A DNA stretch of 34,902 nucleotides, taken from contig JBHIBG010000022.1 of the NCBI GenBank assembly GCA_046758965.1, positions 1 to 34,902 on the forward strand, written 5' to 3'. The notes below the pieces were generated by a model, which did not search any database, was not told the DNA's origin, and worked only from the letters and a program-made list of their open reading frames with translations. The position numbers were made by a program, and so were the translations under genes. Shown piece by piece: positions 8,293 through 18,243 of this stretch. Each line of letters opens with the position of its first letter. Within the stretch, counting starts at the first letter, position 1. Source of the DNA: Candidatus Methylomirabilia bacterium (GTDB lineage Bacteria; Methylomirabilota; Methylomirabilia; Rokubacteriales; CSP1-6).

Positions 8293-9738
8293 ATGGCAGA
8301 GGCGGCCGGTCTCAGGCATCTGGTCGGTTCCGTCGCCCGGCAGGTCCGCCGCCGCCGGGCTGAGTACTACGGCCTGAAGGGCGCGTGCTTCGGCACGCTC
8401 GCCGGAATTACCCCTCTGCTCGTGAAGGAAGCGGTCGGGCCGGCGGCTCCACTCCTGGCACTGGCTCTCGCCGGCTTGGGCGCCGCTGCCGGGGTGCTCG
8501 CCGGGCTCTTTCTCCCTCTTCCTCTCCGAGACGCGGCCCGGCTTGCCGATCGCGCATTCGGACTCCAGGATCGGGTAGCCACCGCGCTGGAGTGGGGCGA
8601 CCGTTCAGACGGAAGCCCCCTGGTGGATGCGCTGATGGCGGACACCCTGGCCCGGATCGAAGGGCTGGACGAACACAGGGTGGTGCCGCGCCGGTGGCCG
8701 CGGGAGGCTAAGCTGCTGCCGGTTCCCCTGGCTCTCGTCCTGGCGCTCAGCCTGGCTCCGCCGCTCCCGCTCCCCACCGGCGCCCTCCCGCGGTTTTCCC
8801 GTGCCGCCGATGACCGCGAGGAAGCCCGAGAGCGGGCAGGCGAGCTCGTGAGCCAGGAACGTCGCGCCCGCGGCAGAAAAGAGCTGCTGCCGCCGCCCGA
8901 TCGGGCAGCGCGAGAGCGCACCGCACGTCAGGGGCGGTCTGCGCAACGGTGGGATGGGGATCTCTCCGGACTCTTCAAAGACACCTCCCTCGCCAGCGGG
9001 CTCCCGGACTTCGCCAGCTTCCTCAAGAAGGGAGATGACCGGATCCGGCTGCTCGGAGAGGTGGACCAGCTCCCCGACCTCCAGCGGGACTATACCCGGA
9101 GCGAGTACAAGATGGTCTTCCAGAAGATGAGGGCCCTCTCCGGAGGGGTGAACCCGGCCCAGATCTCCCCCGAGAAGCTCCGGGAGCTCCTAGAGGAGAT
9201 GGACCGAATCGGGCGCAGAGGGGGTGACTGGGACGGCGAAGGGTGGGAGGCGTTGGAGGCCCTCGACACGGGGCAGACCGACCGCGCCCTGGACGCGATG
9301 GACCGGGCGCTCTCGAAGCTCTTGGCCATGGAGGAGCTGAGCCGGCGAGGGAAGCGCCTGCGCGGCGGCCGTGAGGGCTCTCGTCACCCCGCCGCCAGCG
9401 ACCCCGGGAGCGGCGACTTCGGTGACTTGGAGTTCGAGATGGGTGAGGGCCTGCTGCCAGGCGAGGGGCGGAGTTCCTCCCCCAAGGGGTCAGCGTCCGC
9501 TCGCCTTCAGGCCGACCCGTATGATGCCTCGGTGGAAGGACAGCTTCGGTCGGGCCGGATGCGCGCGTTCGAGACCAACGTGGTGGGCCGCGGCAGCAAG
9601 ACGCAGTCCAGGCTCGGGTACCTGGAGGTCTTTTCCCAGTACCGAACCAGGATGGAGGAAGCCCTGGCCCGTGAGGAGGTGCCCCGCGATTTCCGGGAGC
9701 AGGTCAAGGCGTACTTCCAGTCCCTGAAGGAGCGCTAG
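8293..9738 (+). CDS. Membrane-anchored coiled-coil hypothetical protein of the MoxR operon
   Basis: N-terminal hydrophobic segments, AARLADRAFGLQDRVATALE, C-terminal EEVPRDFREQVKAYFQSL typical of MoxR-linked proteins; ATG 8293 with GGGGAG RBS. Confidence 0.75.
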   Translation: MAEAAGLRHLVGSVARQVRRRRAEYYGLKGACFGTLAGITPLLVKEAVGPAAPLLALALAGLGAAAGVLAGLFLPLPLRDAARLADRAFGLQDRVATALEWGDRSDGSPLVDALMADTLARIEGLDEHRVVPRRWPREAKLLPVPLALVLALSLAPPLPLPTGALPRFSRAADDREEARERAGELVSQERRARGRKELLPPPDRAARERTARQGRSAQRWDGDLSGLFKDTSLASGLPDFASFLKKGDDRIRLLGEVDQLPDLQRDYTRSEYKMVFQKMRALSGGVNPAQISPEKLRELLEEMDRIGRRGGDWDGEGWEALEALDTGQTDRALDAMDRALSKLLAMEELSRRGKRLRGGREGSRHPAASDPGSGDFGDLEFEMGEGLLPGEGRSSSPKGSASARLQADPYDASVEGQLRSGRMRAFETNVVGRGSKTQSRLGYLEVFSQYRTRMEEALAREEVPRDFREQVKAYFQSLKER

Positions 9739-9741
9739 GCC

Positions 9742-10632
9742 ATGGCTCCGGCTCAGGCACAGCCCCTCCTGTCCAGCGAATTCCTCGCGCAGTTGGAGCG
9801 CCTCGCGCTGGTCTCCAAGCGGACCTTCAGGGGCCGCGTGAAGGGCGACCGGAAGAGCCCCCGCAAGGGGATCAGCGTGGAGTTCTGTGACTACCGCCCG
9901 TACGGGATCGGGGACGACCTCCGCTACGTCGACTGGAACATCTACGGGCGCCTGGACCGCCTCTACCTCAAGCTCTTCGTGGACGAGGAGGATCTCTGCC
10001 TCCACCTGCTCCTCGACGCCTCCGCCTCCATGGAGTACGGGGAGCCCAGCAAGTTCGACTATGCCGTCAGGCTGTCGGCCGCCTTGGGCTTCGTCGGGTT
10101 CGTGAACCTGGAGCGGGTCAGCCTGGGAATCGTGAGGGGCCGTGTGGCGGAGGGGCGGGCGGCGGTGAGAGGCCGCAATCAGTTCTTCCCGCTCGTGGAG
10201 TTCCTGGGCGGGCTCAGCCCCGGAGGCCCTACCCGGCTCGATGAGGCGCTCGCCGACTACGCCCTGCGCGCCCGGGACCCGGGATTGGCTGTGCTCATCT
10301 CCGATCTGATGGATCCGGCGGGTTACAAGGCCGGGCTTCGTGCGCTGCTCGAACGGCACTTTGACATTCACGTGATCCATGTGATGGCTCCCGAGGAGCT
10401 CGGACCTTCCTTTGGCGGCGACCTCAGCCTGGTGGACGCGGAGACCGGCGAGATCCGCCAGTTCACGGTGGACGGCGAGGCCCTTCGCCACTACCAGCAG
10501 CGGCTCGCCCACTTCCTGGATCAGGCCGAGGCCTTCTGCCGTGCCAACGAGATCAGCTACCATCGCGTGACCACCGACATGCCGCCGGAGGACTTCATGC
10601 TGAGGCGGATCAAGGGGCTCCTGGTCGCATGA
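9742..10632 (+). CDS. DUF58 (vWA-like) protein
   Basis: SVEFCDYRPYGIGDDLRYVDWN, LLLDASASM, VLISDL; standard MoxR partner. Confidence 0.92.
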   Translation: MAPAQAQPLLSSEFLAQLERLALVSKRTFRGRVKGDRKSPRKGISVEFCDYRPYGIGDDLRYVDWNIYGRLDRLYLKLFVDEEDLCLHLLLDASASMEYGEPSKFDYAVRLSAALGFVGFVNLERVSLGIVRGRVAEGRAAVRGRNQFFPLVEFLGGLSPGGPTRLDEALADYALRARDPGLAVLISDLMDPAGYKAGLRALLERHFDIHVIHVMAPEELGPSFGGDLSLVDAETGEIRQFTVDGEALRHYQQRLAHFLDQAEAFCRANEISYHRVTTDMPPEDFMLRRIKGLLVA

Positions 10633-13600
10633 GTTTCCTCTCCCCGCTTGCGTTTCTCCTCTTCTCCTTCTCCCTCCCGCTGGTCCTCCTGTACTTCCTC
10701 AGGGTGCGGCGGCAGCAGCGGAGGGTGTCAAGCCTCATGCTCTGGGAGGCGGTGCTCCGCGACCGGGAGGGCTCGGCCTTCTTCCAGCGGTTCAGGCTCG
10801 ATCCCCTGCTCCTCCTCCAGCTGCTCGCTCTCGGCGCGTTGACCCTGGCGCTGGCCCGCCCTGTGGTTACGGTGATGGGGCACGACAGCCGGCGGGTGGT
10901 GGTGGTCCTGGATGGCTCAGCCTCCATGAAGGCCACCGATGGGGTTCCCACGCGGTTCGCCGCCGCTCAGCGCGAGGCTTCGGCGCTGGTGAAGCGGCTC
11001 AACGAGGGCTCGGAGGTGATGGTGATCGAGGCGGGGATCCAACCCCGAGTGCTCGCTCCCTTCACCCGCGAGCACGACCGCGCCATTCAGGGGATCAAGG
11101 CCGCTCGGGCTCGCGACATTCCCACCCGGCTCACGGAGGCCATCCGCACCGCCCGGTCGCTGACGGGACAAGATCCGCGCATGGCGACCCACGTCTTTAC
11201 CGACGGGGCCTTCCCGAAGGCGCTCGCAGCCGAGGAGTTCAACGATCCCCGCATCCGCTGGGTCGGGGTGGGGGGGCAGAACCGAAATGTGGGGATCACC
11301 AACCTGGCCATTCGGAAGACCTACTTCGGTGCCTTTGACTACGAGACGTTCCTGTCGGTGGTCAACTTCTCCGGGGAATCTCAGACCTTCACCTTTCTCC
11401 TGACCCTCGACGATCAACCCATCACCACGCAATCTCTCACCCTGAAGCCGCACGTCCGGCGCCAGCTGGTCCTCCCCTTCAGCCACCAGGGCGGAGGCGT
11501 GGTGGCGGCTCGCCTGGACGTTGTCGACGACCTGGCTGCCGACAACGTGGCGTACGCGGTGATACCCCCGCCGCGCCAGATTCGCGTGCTGCTGGTCAGC
11601 GCGGGGAACCTCTTCCTCGAAAAGGGCCTCCGGGTGGATCCCCAGGTCGCGTTGGAGGTTCGGAGTCCCGAGGCCTACCGCGGTGGGATGGAGGGGTTCG
11701 ACGTGGTGGTGCTGGACAGCGCGAGCCCGTCCAGACTCGGCCCCGGCCGCTTCGTCCTCGTGAACACCTCACCGCCAGATGTCCCGATCGAGATCCTCGG
11801 GCGCATGGAGCAGCCGGTCATCATGGACTGGGACCGCTCTCACCCCATCTTGCGGCACGTGGAATTGTCCAAGGTGGTCATCGAGAAAGCGCTCCGGGTG
11901 CGCCCACTGGCGACCGGGAAGGCGCTCGTCGAGGCGGTGGGCGGCCCGTTGCTCTACGCGCTTGAAGAGCCCCGGCGCAAGGCGGTCTTCGTCGCCTTCG
12001 ACCTCTTCCAGAGCGATCTTCCGCTCCGGGTGGCGTTCCCGCTGATCATCTCCAACAGCCTCCGCTGGCTCCATCCGGCCGGTTTGGATCAGTCGAGTCT
12101 GCAGATTCAGGCGGGAGAGCCGATCCTGCTCCCCGTGGAGCATGGCGTGGACACGGTCTCCATCAAAGGCCCGTCGGGGCGCCGCCGGGAGGTTGCCGTG
12201 ACGCGCGGGACGGTGAGCCTCGCAGAGACCGACGAGGTGGGCGTGTACACGGTTGTCACCCCGAACGGCGAGACGCCGGTGGCGGTCAACCTGGTAAACG
12301 CCGAAGAGTCAGACCTCACCCCTCGACCGCTCCCTCGCCCCCCGGCCGGGGCACGCGCCGGTACTCCGCCGGTGCCGGTCCAACGGCAGCTTTGGCCGCT
12401 CTTTATCCTTCTGGCTGCGGCGATCCTGGCCCTGGAGGGCCTCCTCTACTGGCGCCGCCAATCCGGGGGCCGGTTCCGGGTACCGGGAGGAGTCGGAGGG
12501 CGTTGGGCCCTTGGCGCCCGCGGCGTGCTCCTGCTGCTCTTGCTGAGCACGCTGTTGCGTCCGGCGATCCCACGCTGGGTAGACCGTCTCAACGTGGTCT
12601 TCCTCCTCGACGTCTCGGACAGCGTGAGCCTGGCCGCACGGGAGACCGCCTATCGCTTCATCTCCAAGGCGGGTGCCGCCATGCAGGCAGAGGACCGGGC
12701 GAGCGTGATCCTCTTCGGCGAAGAAGCGGCGGTGGACCAGCCGCTCGGGGTCGAGGTGGAGCGCCCTCACTCCCGGGTGCCCGGCCGCGGCACCGATATC
12801 GCCCAGGCCATCCAGCTGGCGCTCTCGACCGTGCCGCCGGGTCAGGCCAACCGGCTGGTCCTCCTCACCGATGGGCATGAGAACTCCGGAAACGCCCTGG
12901 CGGCGGCCCAGACCGCCAAGGAGATGGGCGTAGACATCTACTATATGCCGCTCGCGCTGACCTTCCCCCAGGAGGTGGTGGTGGAGTCCTTGCTGCTCCC
13001 GTCGGAGGTGAAGTTCGGCGAACCGTTCTATGCCAAGGTCGTGGCCTGGACTCAGCGCGACACCGAGGGCCGGCTGTCGCTCTACCGGAACGGCGAGTTC
13101 GTGGGCTCCCAGGCGGTGCGCCTGGCAGCCGGCAAGAACGTCTTTGCCTACCGGCAGAGCCTGGAGCAGAGCGGGATTCACGTCTACCAGGCCGCCATCG
13201 ACGTGGAAGGGGACACGATCGCTGAGAACAACCGCGCCCTGGGGACCGTGGTGGTTCGGGGTCGGCCCAAGGTGCTGCTTGCGGAAAAGGACCGGGCCCG
13301 GGCCCAGGCGCTTTCCGCGGCCCTTCGCTCCCAGCATATCGACGTGGAGGTGCAGGAGGCACAGGCGATCCCTCCCGACACGGCGGGGTTGCAGAAGTAC
13401 GACGGGGTGATCCTCTCCAATGTCTCCTCCCTCAAGCTCACCCAGCAGCAGATGGAGTCCGTCCGCGACTACGTGCGGGATTTCGGAGGCGGCCTCATCA
13501 TGGTGGGAGGTGAGGAGAGCTTCGGGCTCGGCGGTTACTATCGCACGCCCGTCGAGGAGGCCCTCCCGGTCACCATGGAGGTCAGGCAGAAGCTCGAGGT

Positions 13601-14981
13601 CCCGAGCCTTGCCGTGGCTCTTTCCGTCGACCGGTCCGGCTCCATGGCCACAACCACCGATGACAAGGTGACGAAGCTGGACATTGCCAAGGAGGCCGCG
13701 CACCTGGTGGTGGACCTCCTGGACCAACGCAACGAGATCGGGGTGCTGAGCTGGGACACCGAGTTCCTCTGGGACGTGCCCATGCAGACGCTGCAGGACA
13801 AAGCCGCGATCCACCACGCCATCGCCACCGTCAGGGCGGGGGGCGGCACCGATGGGTACCCCGCCCTGAAGGAAGCCTACCTGGTGCTGTTCCAGCGCCC
13901 TGCGCTGCTCAAGCACATCATCTTCCTCTCCGACGGCCAAATGACACGGGGCGATTTCGCCGGGTTGGTTCGTCGGATGGCGAAGGATAAGATCACCGTG
14001 TCCACGGTGGCCATCGGCAAGGACGCTGACGTCCAGCTCATGTACGACATCGCCAAGTGGGGCCGAGGCCGCTTCTACTACACGGAGGATACGCGCACCA
14101 TCCCGCGAATCTTCACCTTGGAGACCCAGCTGGCGTCGAAGGCCGCGCTGATCGAACAGCCCTTTCGCCCAGTCGTGACCGCCGGCTACCACGAGATTCT
14201 CCAGGACATCAGCTGGAAGGGGGTGCCCCCTCTGGGCGGTTACGTCGCCACGACACTCAAGGGGACCTCTGAGATGCTCCTCATGACTCCCTATGAGGAT
14301 CCGCTGCTGGCGGTGTGGCGCTATGGCCTTGGCCGGAGCGCAGCATTCATGTCAGACGCCAAATCCAAGTGGGGGGTGCTCTGGCTCCGCTGGCCGGCGT
14401 TCAACAGTTTCTGGTCCCAGCTGACCCGGTGGACCCTCCGAAAGGGGAGCCGGAGCGACACCGTGGCCACGGTGGAGTGGCGCGATGGGATGGGCGAAGT
14501 GACCGTGCACGCCATTGACCGCAAAGGGGAGTTCATCAACTTCTTAGACACGCAGGTGGGCGTGGTCTTCCCCGACAAGCAGCGGGCCATGGTGGAGCTG
14601 GAGCAGGTCGCCCCGGGGCGTTACCAGGGCCGCTTCGCCGCTTCCGAGGAGGGCGTGTACCTGGTGGGGCTAGCGCAGCGCCGCCGTGAGCAGATGGTGG
14701 GCTCCCAGCTTGCCGGCCTCGTGGTACCGTATCCTCAGGAGTTCAGGGAGTTGGGGGTGGATGAGCAGTTGCTCCGTAAGCTGGCAGAGGGAACCGGCGG
14801 CGGGGCCTTACATGAGCCGAGCGACGCATTCCTCCAGGCACGCCGGAAGTCCCGGCTTGCCATGGAACTCTGGCCATGGCTTGTCGGGTGTGTGGCGCTG
14901 CTGCTGCTGCCAGAGATCGCCCTCAGGCGAACGGGCTGGGGGTTCCTGAGAAGGTTCAGCCGCCGGCGGAGAGATCTGTGA
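10629..14981 (+). CDS. BatA N-terminal domain / triple vWA / glutamine-amidotransferase-like membrane protein
   Basis: BatA-like N-terminus (MSFLSP..LVLLYFL..LALARP). Three DxSxS MIDAS motifs (DGSAS, DVSDS, DRSGS). GGGLIMVGGEESFGLGGY and WRYGLGRS GATase-like segments; internal and C-terminal TM segments. Confidence 0.88.
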   Translation: MSFLSPLAFLLFSFSLPLVLLYFLRVRRQQRRVSSLMLWEAVLRDREGSAFFQRFRLDPLLLLQLLALGALTLALARPVVTVMGHDSRRVVVVLDGSASMKATDGVPTRFAAAQREASALVKRLNEGSEVMVIEAGIQPRVLAPFTREHDRAIQGIKAARARDIPTRLTEAIRTARSLTGQDPRMATHVFTDGAFPKALAAEEFNDPRIRWVGVGGQNRNVGITNLAIRKTYFGAFDYETFLSVVNFSGESQTFTFLLTLDDQPITTQSLTLKPHVRRQLVLPFSHQGGGVVAARLDVVDDLAADNVAYAVIPPPRQIRVLLVSAGNLFLEKGLRVDPQVALEVRSPEAYRGGMEGFDVVVLDSASPSRLGPGRFVLVNTSPPDVPIEILGRMEQPVIMDWDRSHPILRHVELSKVVIEKALRVRPLATGKALVEAVGGPLLYALEEPRRKAVFVAFDLFQSDLPLRVAFPLIISNSLRWLHPAGLDQSSLQIQAGEPILLPVEHGVDTVSIKGPSGRRREVAVTRGTVSLAETDEVGVYTVVTPNGETPVAVNLVNAEESDLTPRPLPRPPAGARAGTPPVPVQRQLWPLFILLAAAILALEGLLYWRRQSGGRFRVPGGVGGRWALGARGVLLLLLLSTLLRPAIPRWVDRLNVVFLLDVSDSVSLAARETAYRFISKAGAAMQAEDRASVILFGEEAAVDQPLGVEVERPHSRVPGRGTDIAQAIQLALSTVPPGQANRLVLLTDGHENSGNALAAAQTAKEMGVDIYYMPLALTFPQEVVVESLLLPSEVKFGEPFYAKVVAWTQRDTEGRLSLYRNGEFVGSQAVRLAAGKNVFAYRQSLEQSGIHVYQAAIDVEGDTIAENNRALGTVVVRGRPKVLLAEKDRARAQALSAALRSQHIDVEVQEAQAIPPDTAGLQKYDGVILSNVSSLKLTQQQMESVRDYVRDFGGGLIMVGGEESFGLGGYYRTPVEEALPVTMEVRQKLEVPSLAVALSVDRSGSMATTTDDKVTKLDIAKEAAHLVVDLLDQRNEIGVLSWDTEFLWDVPMQTLQDKAAIHHAIATVRAGGGTDGYPALKEAYLVLFQRPALLKHIIFLSDGQMTRGDFAGLVRRMAKDKITVSTVAIGKDADVQLMYDIAKWGRGRFYYTEDTRTIPRIFTLETQLASKAALIEQPFRPVVTAGYHEILQDISWKGVPPLGGYVATTLKGTSEMLLMTPYEDPLLAVWRYGLGRSAAFMSDAKSKWGVLWLRWPAFNSFWSQLTRWTLRKGSRSDTVATVEWRDGMGEVTVHAIDRKGEFINFLDTQVGVVFPDKQRAMVELEQVAPGRYQGRFAASEEGVYLVGLAQRRREQMVGSQLAGLVVPYPQEFRELGVDEQLLRKLAEGTGGGALHEPSDAFLQARRKSRLAMELWPWLVGCVALLLLPEIALRRTGWGFLRRFSRRRRDL

Positions 14982-15000
14982 TGCCGAGGGGGTTGTGGCC

Positions 15001-16359
15001 ATGGTAGCGCGCCGAGTCCGCCTCTGGCTGGCAGTGATCCTCCTCCTGGGGACAGCACCCATCCGGCCACCGGAAGCGGTCGCCGCCGACCCGGCCCGGA
15101 CGGTCCTGATCCTCCCCTACGCGGCTACCGAGCTTCCCCCGCAGGAGCGGTGGCTGGGGGAAGCGGTGACGCATATCCTCTCCCTGGCCCTGGCTCCGCT
15201 TCCGGCTTTCGTCCAGGTCGACCCGAAGCGCCTGGCGCGGCTTGTCCGGCCTCCCGCGTGGGCTGAGTCGACGAGCTTGGATGCAGCTCGGAGCTTGAAG
15301 GCTGACATCGCCTTGTTCGGCGAGATCCAACGGGTCTCCGGCGACGTGCTGGTGTTTCAGCCCAGCTACCTGGAGTCTCACAACGGTAGTCGCAAGCGAC
15401 GCGACCTCGGCGCTCTGGCGGTCCGTCAGGAGACCCTCCTCGAACAGCTCGGCGCGCTTCCGCTCGCTTACGTGCGCGCCCTCGGTATTCCCTTGAGCGA
15501 CGCCGAGGTGGCTCGGATCGGGAAGGCTGCTCGCCCCACGCTCTCGCGGAGCGCCCTGGAAGCATATGTGAAAGGTCGAGAGGCTGCGCTCGAAGGAACC
15601 CAGGAGGGAACGGCGACCGCCGCCGACCTCCTCGCCAGGGCTGTGGAGCTGGATTATAACTTTGCCCCTGCCCAGTACTACCTGGGCGTGGTGCACCAAG
15701 CCCTCGGCAACCGCTGGAAGGCGGCGGCTCAGTTCCGCGCCTCCATCCACCTTGACAAGACCTACCCGGAACCCTGGAAATCCCTCGGTGATCTCTTCCT
15801 CACGACGCCCCGCCGGCTCTTTGACCAGGCCGTTGAAGCCTACCAGAAAGCGGTAGCACTCCGGCCCTTTTACGCCGACGCCTATGTGGGGCTGGGAAAT
15901 GCGAAAGCGGCCAGGGGGGATGTGGATGGGGCGGTAGAGGCGTACAACCAGGCCCTCCGGTATGATCCCGCCAACCCGAAGGTCTACGTGAGCCTGGGGA
16001 AGATCTACTACGCGGAAAAAGACCTCTATTACGAGGCTGTCGCCGCCTACAAGCAGGCGATCGAGCTGGATGCCGAGTTTCTCGGGGCGCGCATGGGGCT
16101 CGGGGAACTCTATGAGGAGAAGGGCCTCTACCAGGATGCCATCGCGCAGTACGGGAAAGTGATCGAGCTCGAGTCGGACCACACCGGCGCGCTCTACAAC
16201 CTGGCGGTCGCCTACGAGAAAGTGGACCCCCGCGAGGCGGTCGCTCGCTGGGAGCACTACATCGACGTCGCCTCGCACCTCCCCGCCGAGAAGGACTGGG
16301 TAGACGTAGCCCGCCAGCACCTCAAGAAGCTCAAGGCGCAATTCCGGAAGGACCGGTAG
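15001..16359 (+). CDS. Exported TPR-repeat protein
   Basis: Signal-peptide-like N-terminus (RRVRLWLAVILLLG..AVA) and multiple TPRs in the C-terminal half; alternative GTG start 14995. Confidence 0.85.
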   Translation: MVARRVRLWLAVILLLGTAPIRPPEAVAADPARTVLILPYAATELPPQERWLGEAVTHILSLALAPLPAFVQVDPKRLARLVRPPAWAESTSLDAARSLKADIALFGEIQRVSGDVLVFQPSYLESHNGSRKRRDLGALAVRQETLLEQLGALPLAYVRALGIPLSDAEVARIGKAARPTLSRSALEAYVKGREAALEGTQEGTATAADLLARAVELDYNFAPAQYYLGVVHQALGNRWKAAAQFRASIHLDKTYPEPWKSLGDLFLTTPRRLFDQAVEAYQKAVALRPFYADAYVGLGNAKAARGDVDGAVEAYNQALRYDPANPKVYVSLGKIYYAEKDLYYEAVAAYKQAIELDAEFLGARMGLGELYEEKGLYQDAIAQYGKVIELESDHTGALYNLAVAYEKVDPREAVARWEHYIDVASHLPAEKDWVDVARQHLKKLKAQFRKDR

Positions 16360-16431
16360 CGCTCCGGGAGCGAGTGGGCGGCGCGAGAGAGCGTTGGAGC
16401 CGGGTGCTCGCGGTGATGCCCGCCAGGCGCC

Positions 16432-17694
16432 TCACGGATACTGGCCGCGGAGCCTGAAGCCTTCGGCCACCCGGCGGACTCCTTCCATCAGCGCGGCGGT
16501 CCTCAGATCGGTCCCCTCTTTTTGGGCGATGCCCCAGACGCGGTTGAAGGCCCGCACCATCACTTCCTGGAGCCGGGCGGTGATCTCGCTCTCCCGCCAG
16601 AAGTAGTACTGGAGCCCTTGCACCCACTCAAAGTAGGAGACCACAACCCCTCCGGCGTTGGCCAGGACGTCCGGGACCACCGTGACCCCCAGCTCTTTGA
16701 GGATCTGATCGGCCTCGGGCGTTGTCGGGGCGTTGGCCCCTTCGATGATCAAGCCCGCCTTGATCCGGTCGGCATTGTCCTCCCGAATCTGGGAGCCCAC
16801 CGCTGCCGGGATCAGGAGATCACACGGCAACTCGAGAAGCTCGGCGTTCGTGACGGGGTCAGCGTCAGGGAAGCCCGTGACCGTTCCCGCCTCGCGGACG
16901 TGGGCCTCGAGCTGCGGGATCTCGAGCCCCTTGGGGTTGTAGATGCCGCCCTTGACGTCGCTCACGGCCTCGATCACGCATCCCTCCCGCCAGAGCAGGC
17001 GGACTGCCACTGCCCCCACGTTGCCGAATCCCTGGACCGCCACGCGCGAGGCCTTCACGTCGCGCCCGAGGTGGCGGGCCAGCTGGTAGAGGGTGTAGAC
17101 GATGCCGCGGCCGGTCGCCTCCCGGCGCCCCGCCGAACCTCCGATGCGCAGGGGCTTTCCCGTCACCACGCCGGGGACAGTTTTCCCCTGGGTCATCGAG
17201 TACGTATCCATCATCCAGGCCATCACCTGGTCGTTGGTCCCGAGGTCAGGGGCGGGAATGTCGAGGTCCGGTCCGATCATGAGCATGATTTCGGCGGTGT
17301 AACGCCGGGTGAGGTGTTCGAGTTCTCTGGATGACATGGCGCGGGGGTTACAGCGGACTCCACCTTTGGCACCGCCGTAGGGGAGTCCGATGAGAGCGCA
17401 CTTCCAGCTCATGAGCATTGCGAGGGCTGTCACCTCTCCGAGGGTGACACCGGCGTGGTACCGAAGCCCTCCCTTTGTAGGACCTAGGACGGTGTTATGG
17501 TGAACGCGGTATCCGACGAACACCTGGGTGGTCCCGTCGTCCATGAGTGTCGGGACAGAGACGACGAGAGCGCGACGGGGATAGCGCAGGCGTTCATGGA
17601 TGTTCGCCTCCAGATTGAGGCGGCCTGCTGCTGCATCGAGTTCGTGCAGCGCTGTCCTCAGCAAGTCTGATTCAAACTCTGTTCCGCCAAGCAT
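16432..17694 (-). CDS. gdhA: Glutamate dehydrogenase (Glu/Leu/Phe/Val dehydrogenase family)
   Basis: GPTKGGLRY, GGAKGG, DIPAPD, VTGKP, REATGRG, QGFGNVG, EGANAP, NAGGVVVSYFEW. Confidence 0.95.
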   Translation of the reverse strand: MLGGTEFESDLLRTALHELDAAAGRLNLEANIHERLRYPRRALVVSVPTLMDDGTTQVFVGYRVHHNTVLGPTKGGLRYHAGVTLGEVTALAMLMSWKCALIGLPYGGAKGGVRCNPRAMSSRELEHLTRRYTAEIMLMIGPDLDIPAPDLGTNDQVMAWMMDTYSMTQGKTVPGVVTGKPLRIGGSAGRREATGRGIVYTLYQLARHLGRDVKASRVAVQGFGNVGAVAVRLLWREGCVIEAVSDVKGGIYNPKGLEIPQLEAHVREAGTVTGFPDADPVTNAELLELPCDLLIPAAVGSQIREDNADRIKAGLIIEGANAPTTPEADQILKELGVTVVPDVLANAGGVVVSYFEWVQGLQYYFWRESEITARLQEVMVRAFNRVWGIAQKEGTDLRTAALMEGVRRVAEGFRLRGQYP

Positions 17695-17708
17695 AACAAT
17701 TTATCTTA

Positions 17709-17736
17709 TTGACACGTGTCTAAGTCCGACTATAAT
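17709..17736 (+). promoter_or_regulatory. sigma70 promoter of the isc operon
   Basis: TTGACA-16 nt-TATAAT in the AT-rich 81-bp gdhA/iscR gap. Confidence 0.8.
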
Positions 17737-17775
17737 GATCTCAGATAGGTTTGGTCGCCAAAAGAAAATAGTTCC

Positions 17776-18225
17776 ATGCTTCGTTTTACCAAGCGCAGCG
17801 ATTACGGATTGATGGCGATTCATTATATCGCCTCCCATCACGCTATCGGCCCGATCAGTGCCAAGCGGATTGCCGAGACGTTTCATATTCCGTACGAACT
17901 TCTGGCCAAGATCCTTCAGCGGCTGGCCAGGAAGGGGCTGATCACGAGCTGGAACGGCCCCAAGGGCGGGTACTTCTTGACCAAGGCTCCTGAGCAGATC
18001 ACGGTGGGAGAGGTAGTCCGCGCGCTGGAGGGTCCAGTCCAGATCGTCAGCTGCATGGAATCGTTGGGGTGTGTCCAATACCCATATTGTAACTGGCGGG
18101 GCCCGGTGCAAAAGATCCAGGCGAGCGTCATCGATCTCCTGAATACCATGACGCTGGCCGACTTGATGAGAGGGCCCCGGCCCCCTGTCGCTCAGCTGAG
18201 CCCCCGTGAGGCGATTCTCTCCTAG
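17776..18225 (+). CDS. iscR: Rrf2-family regulator, IscR-like
   Basis: KRSDYGL, GPKGGYFL, ITVGEVVRALEG, C-x5-C-x5-C, TLADL; first gene of the isc operon. Confidence 0.85.
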   Translation: MLRFTKRSDYGLMAIHYIASHHAIGPISAKRIAETFHIPYELLAKILQRLARKGLITSWNGPKGGYFLTKAPEQITVGEVVRALEGPVQIVSCMESLGCVQYPYCNWRGPVQKIQASVIDLLNTMTLADLMRGPRPPVAQLSPREAILS

Positions 18226-18243
18226 ATTAAGGAGACGCAACTT

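Noticed and set aside
12309..14192. Long antisense ORFs (also 14956-16341, 17701-18954, 28449-29810, 33678-34811 and others)
   Set aside because: Shadow frames of well-supported GC-rich genes, with no recognisable motifs.
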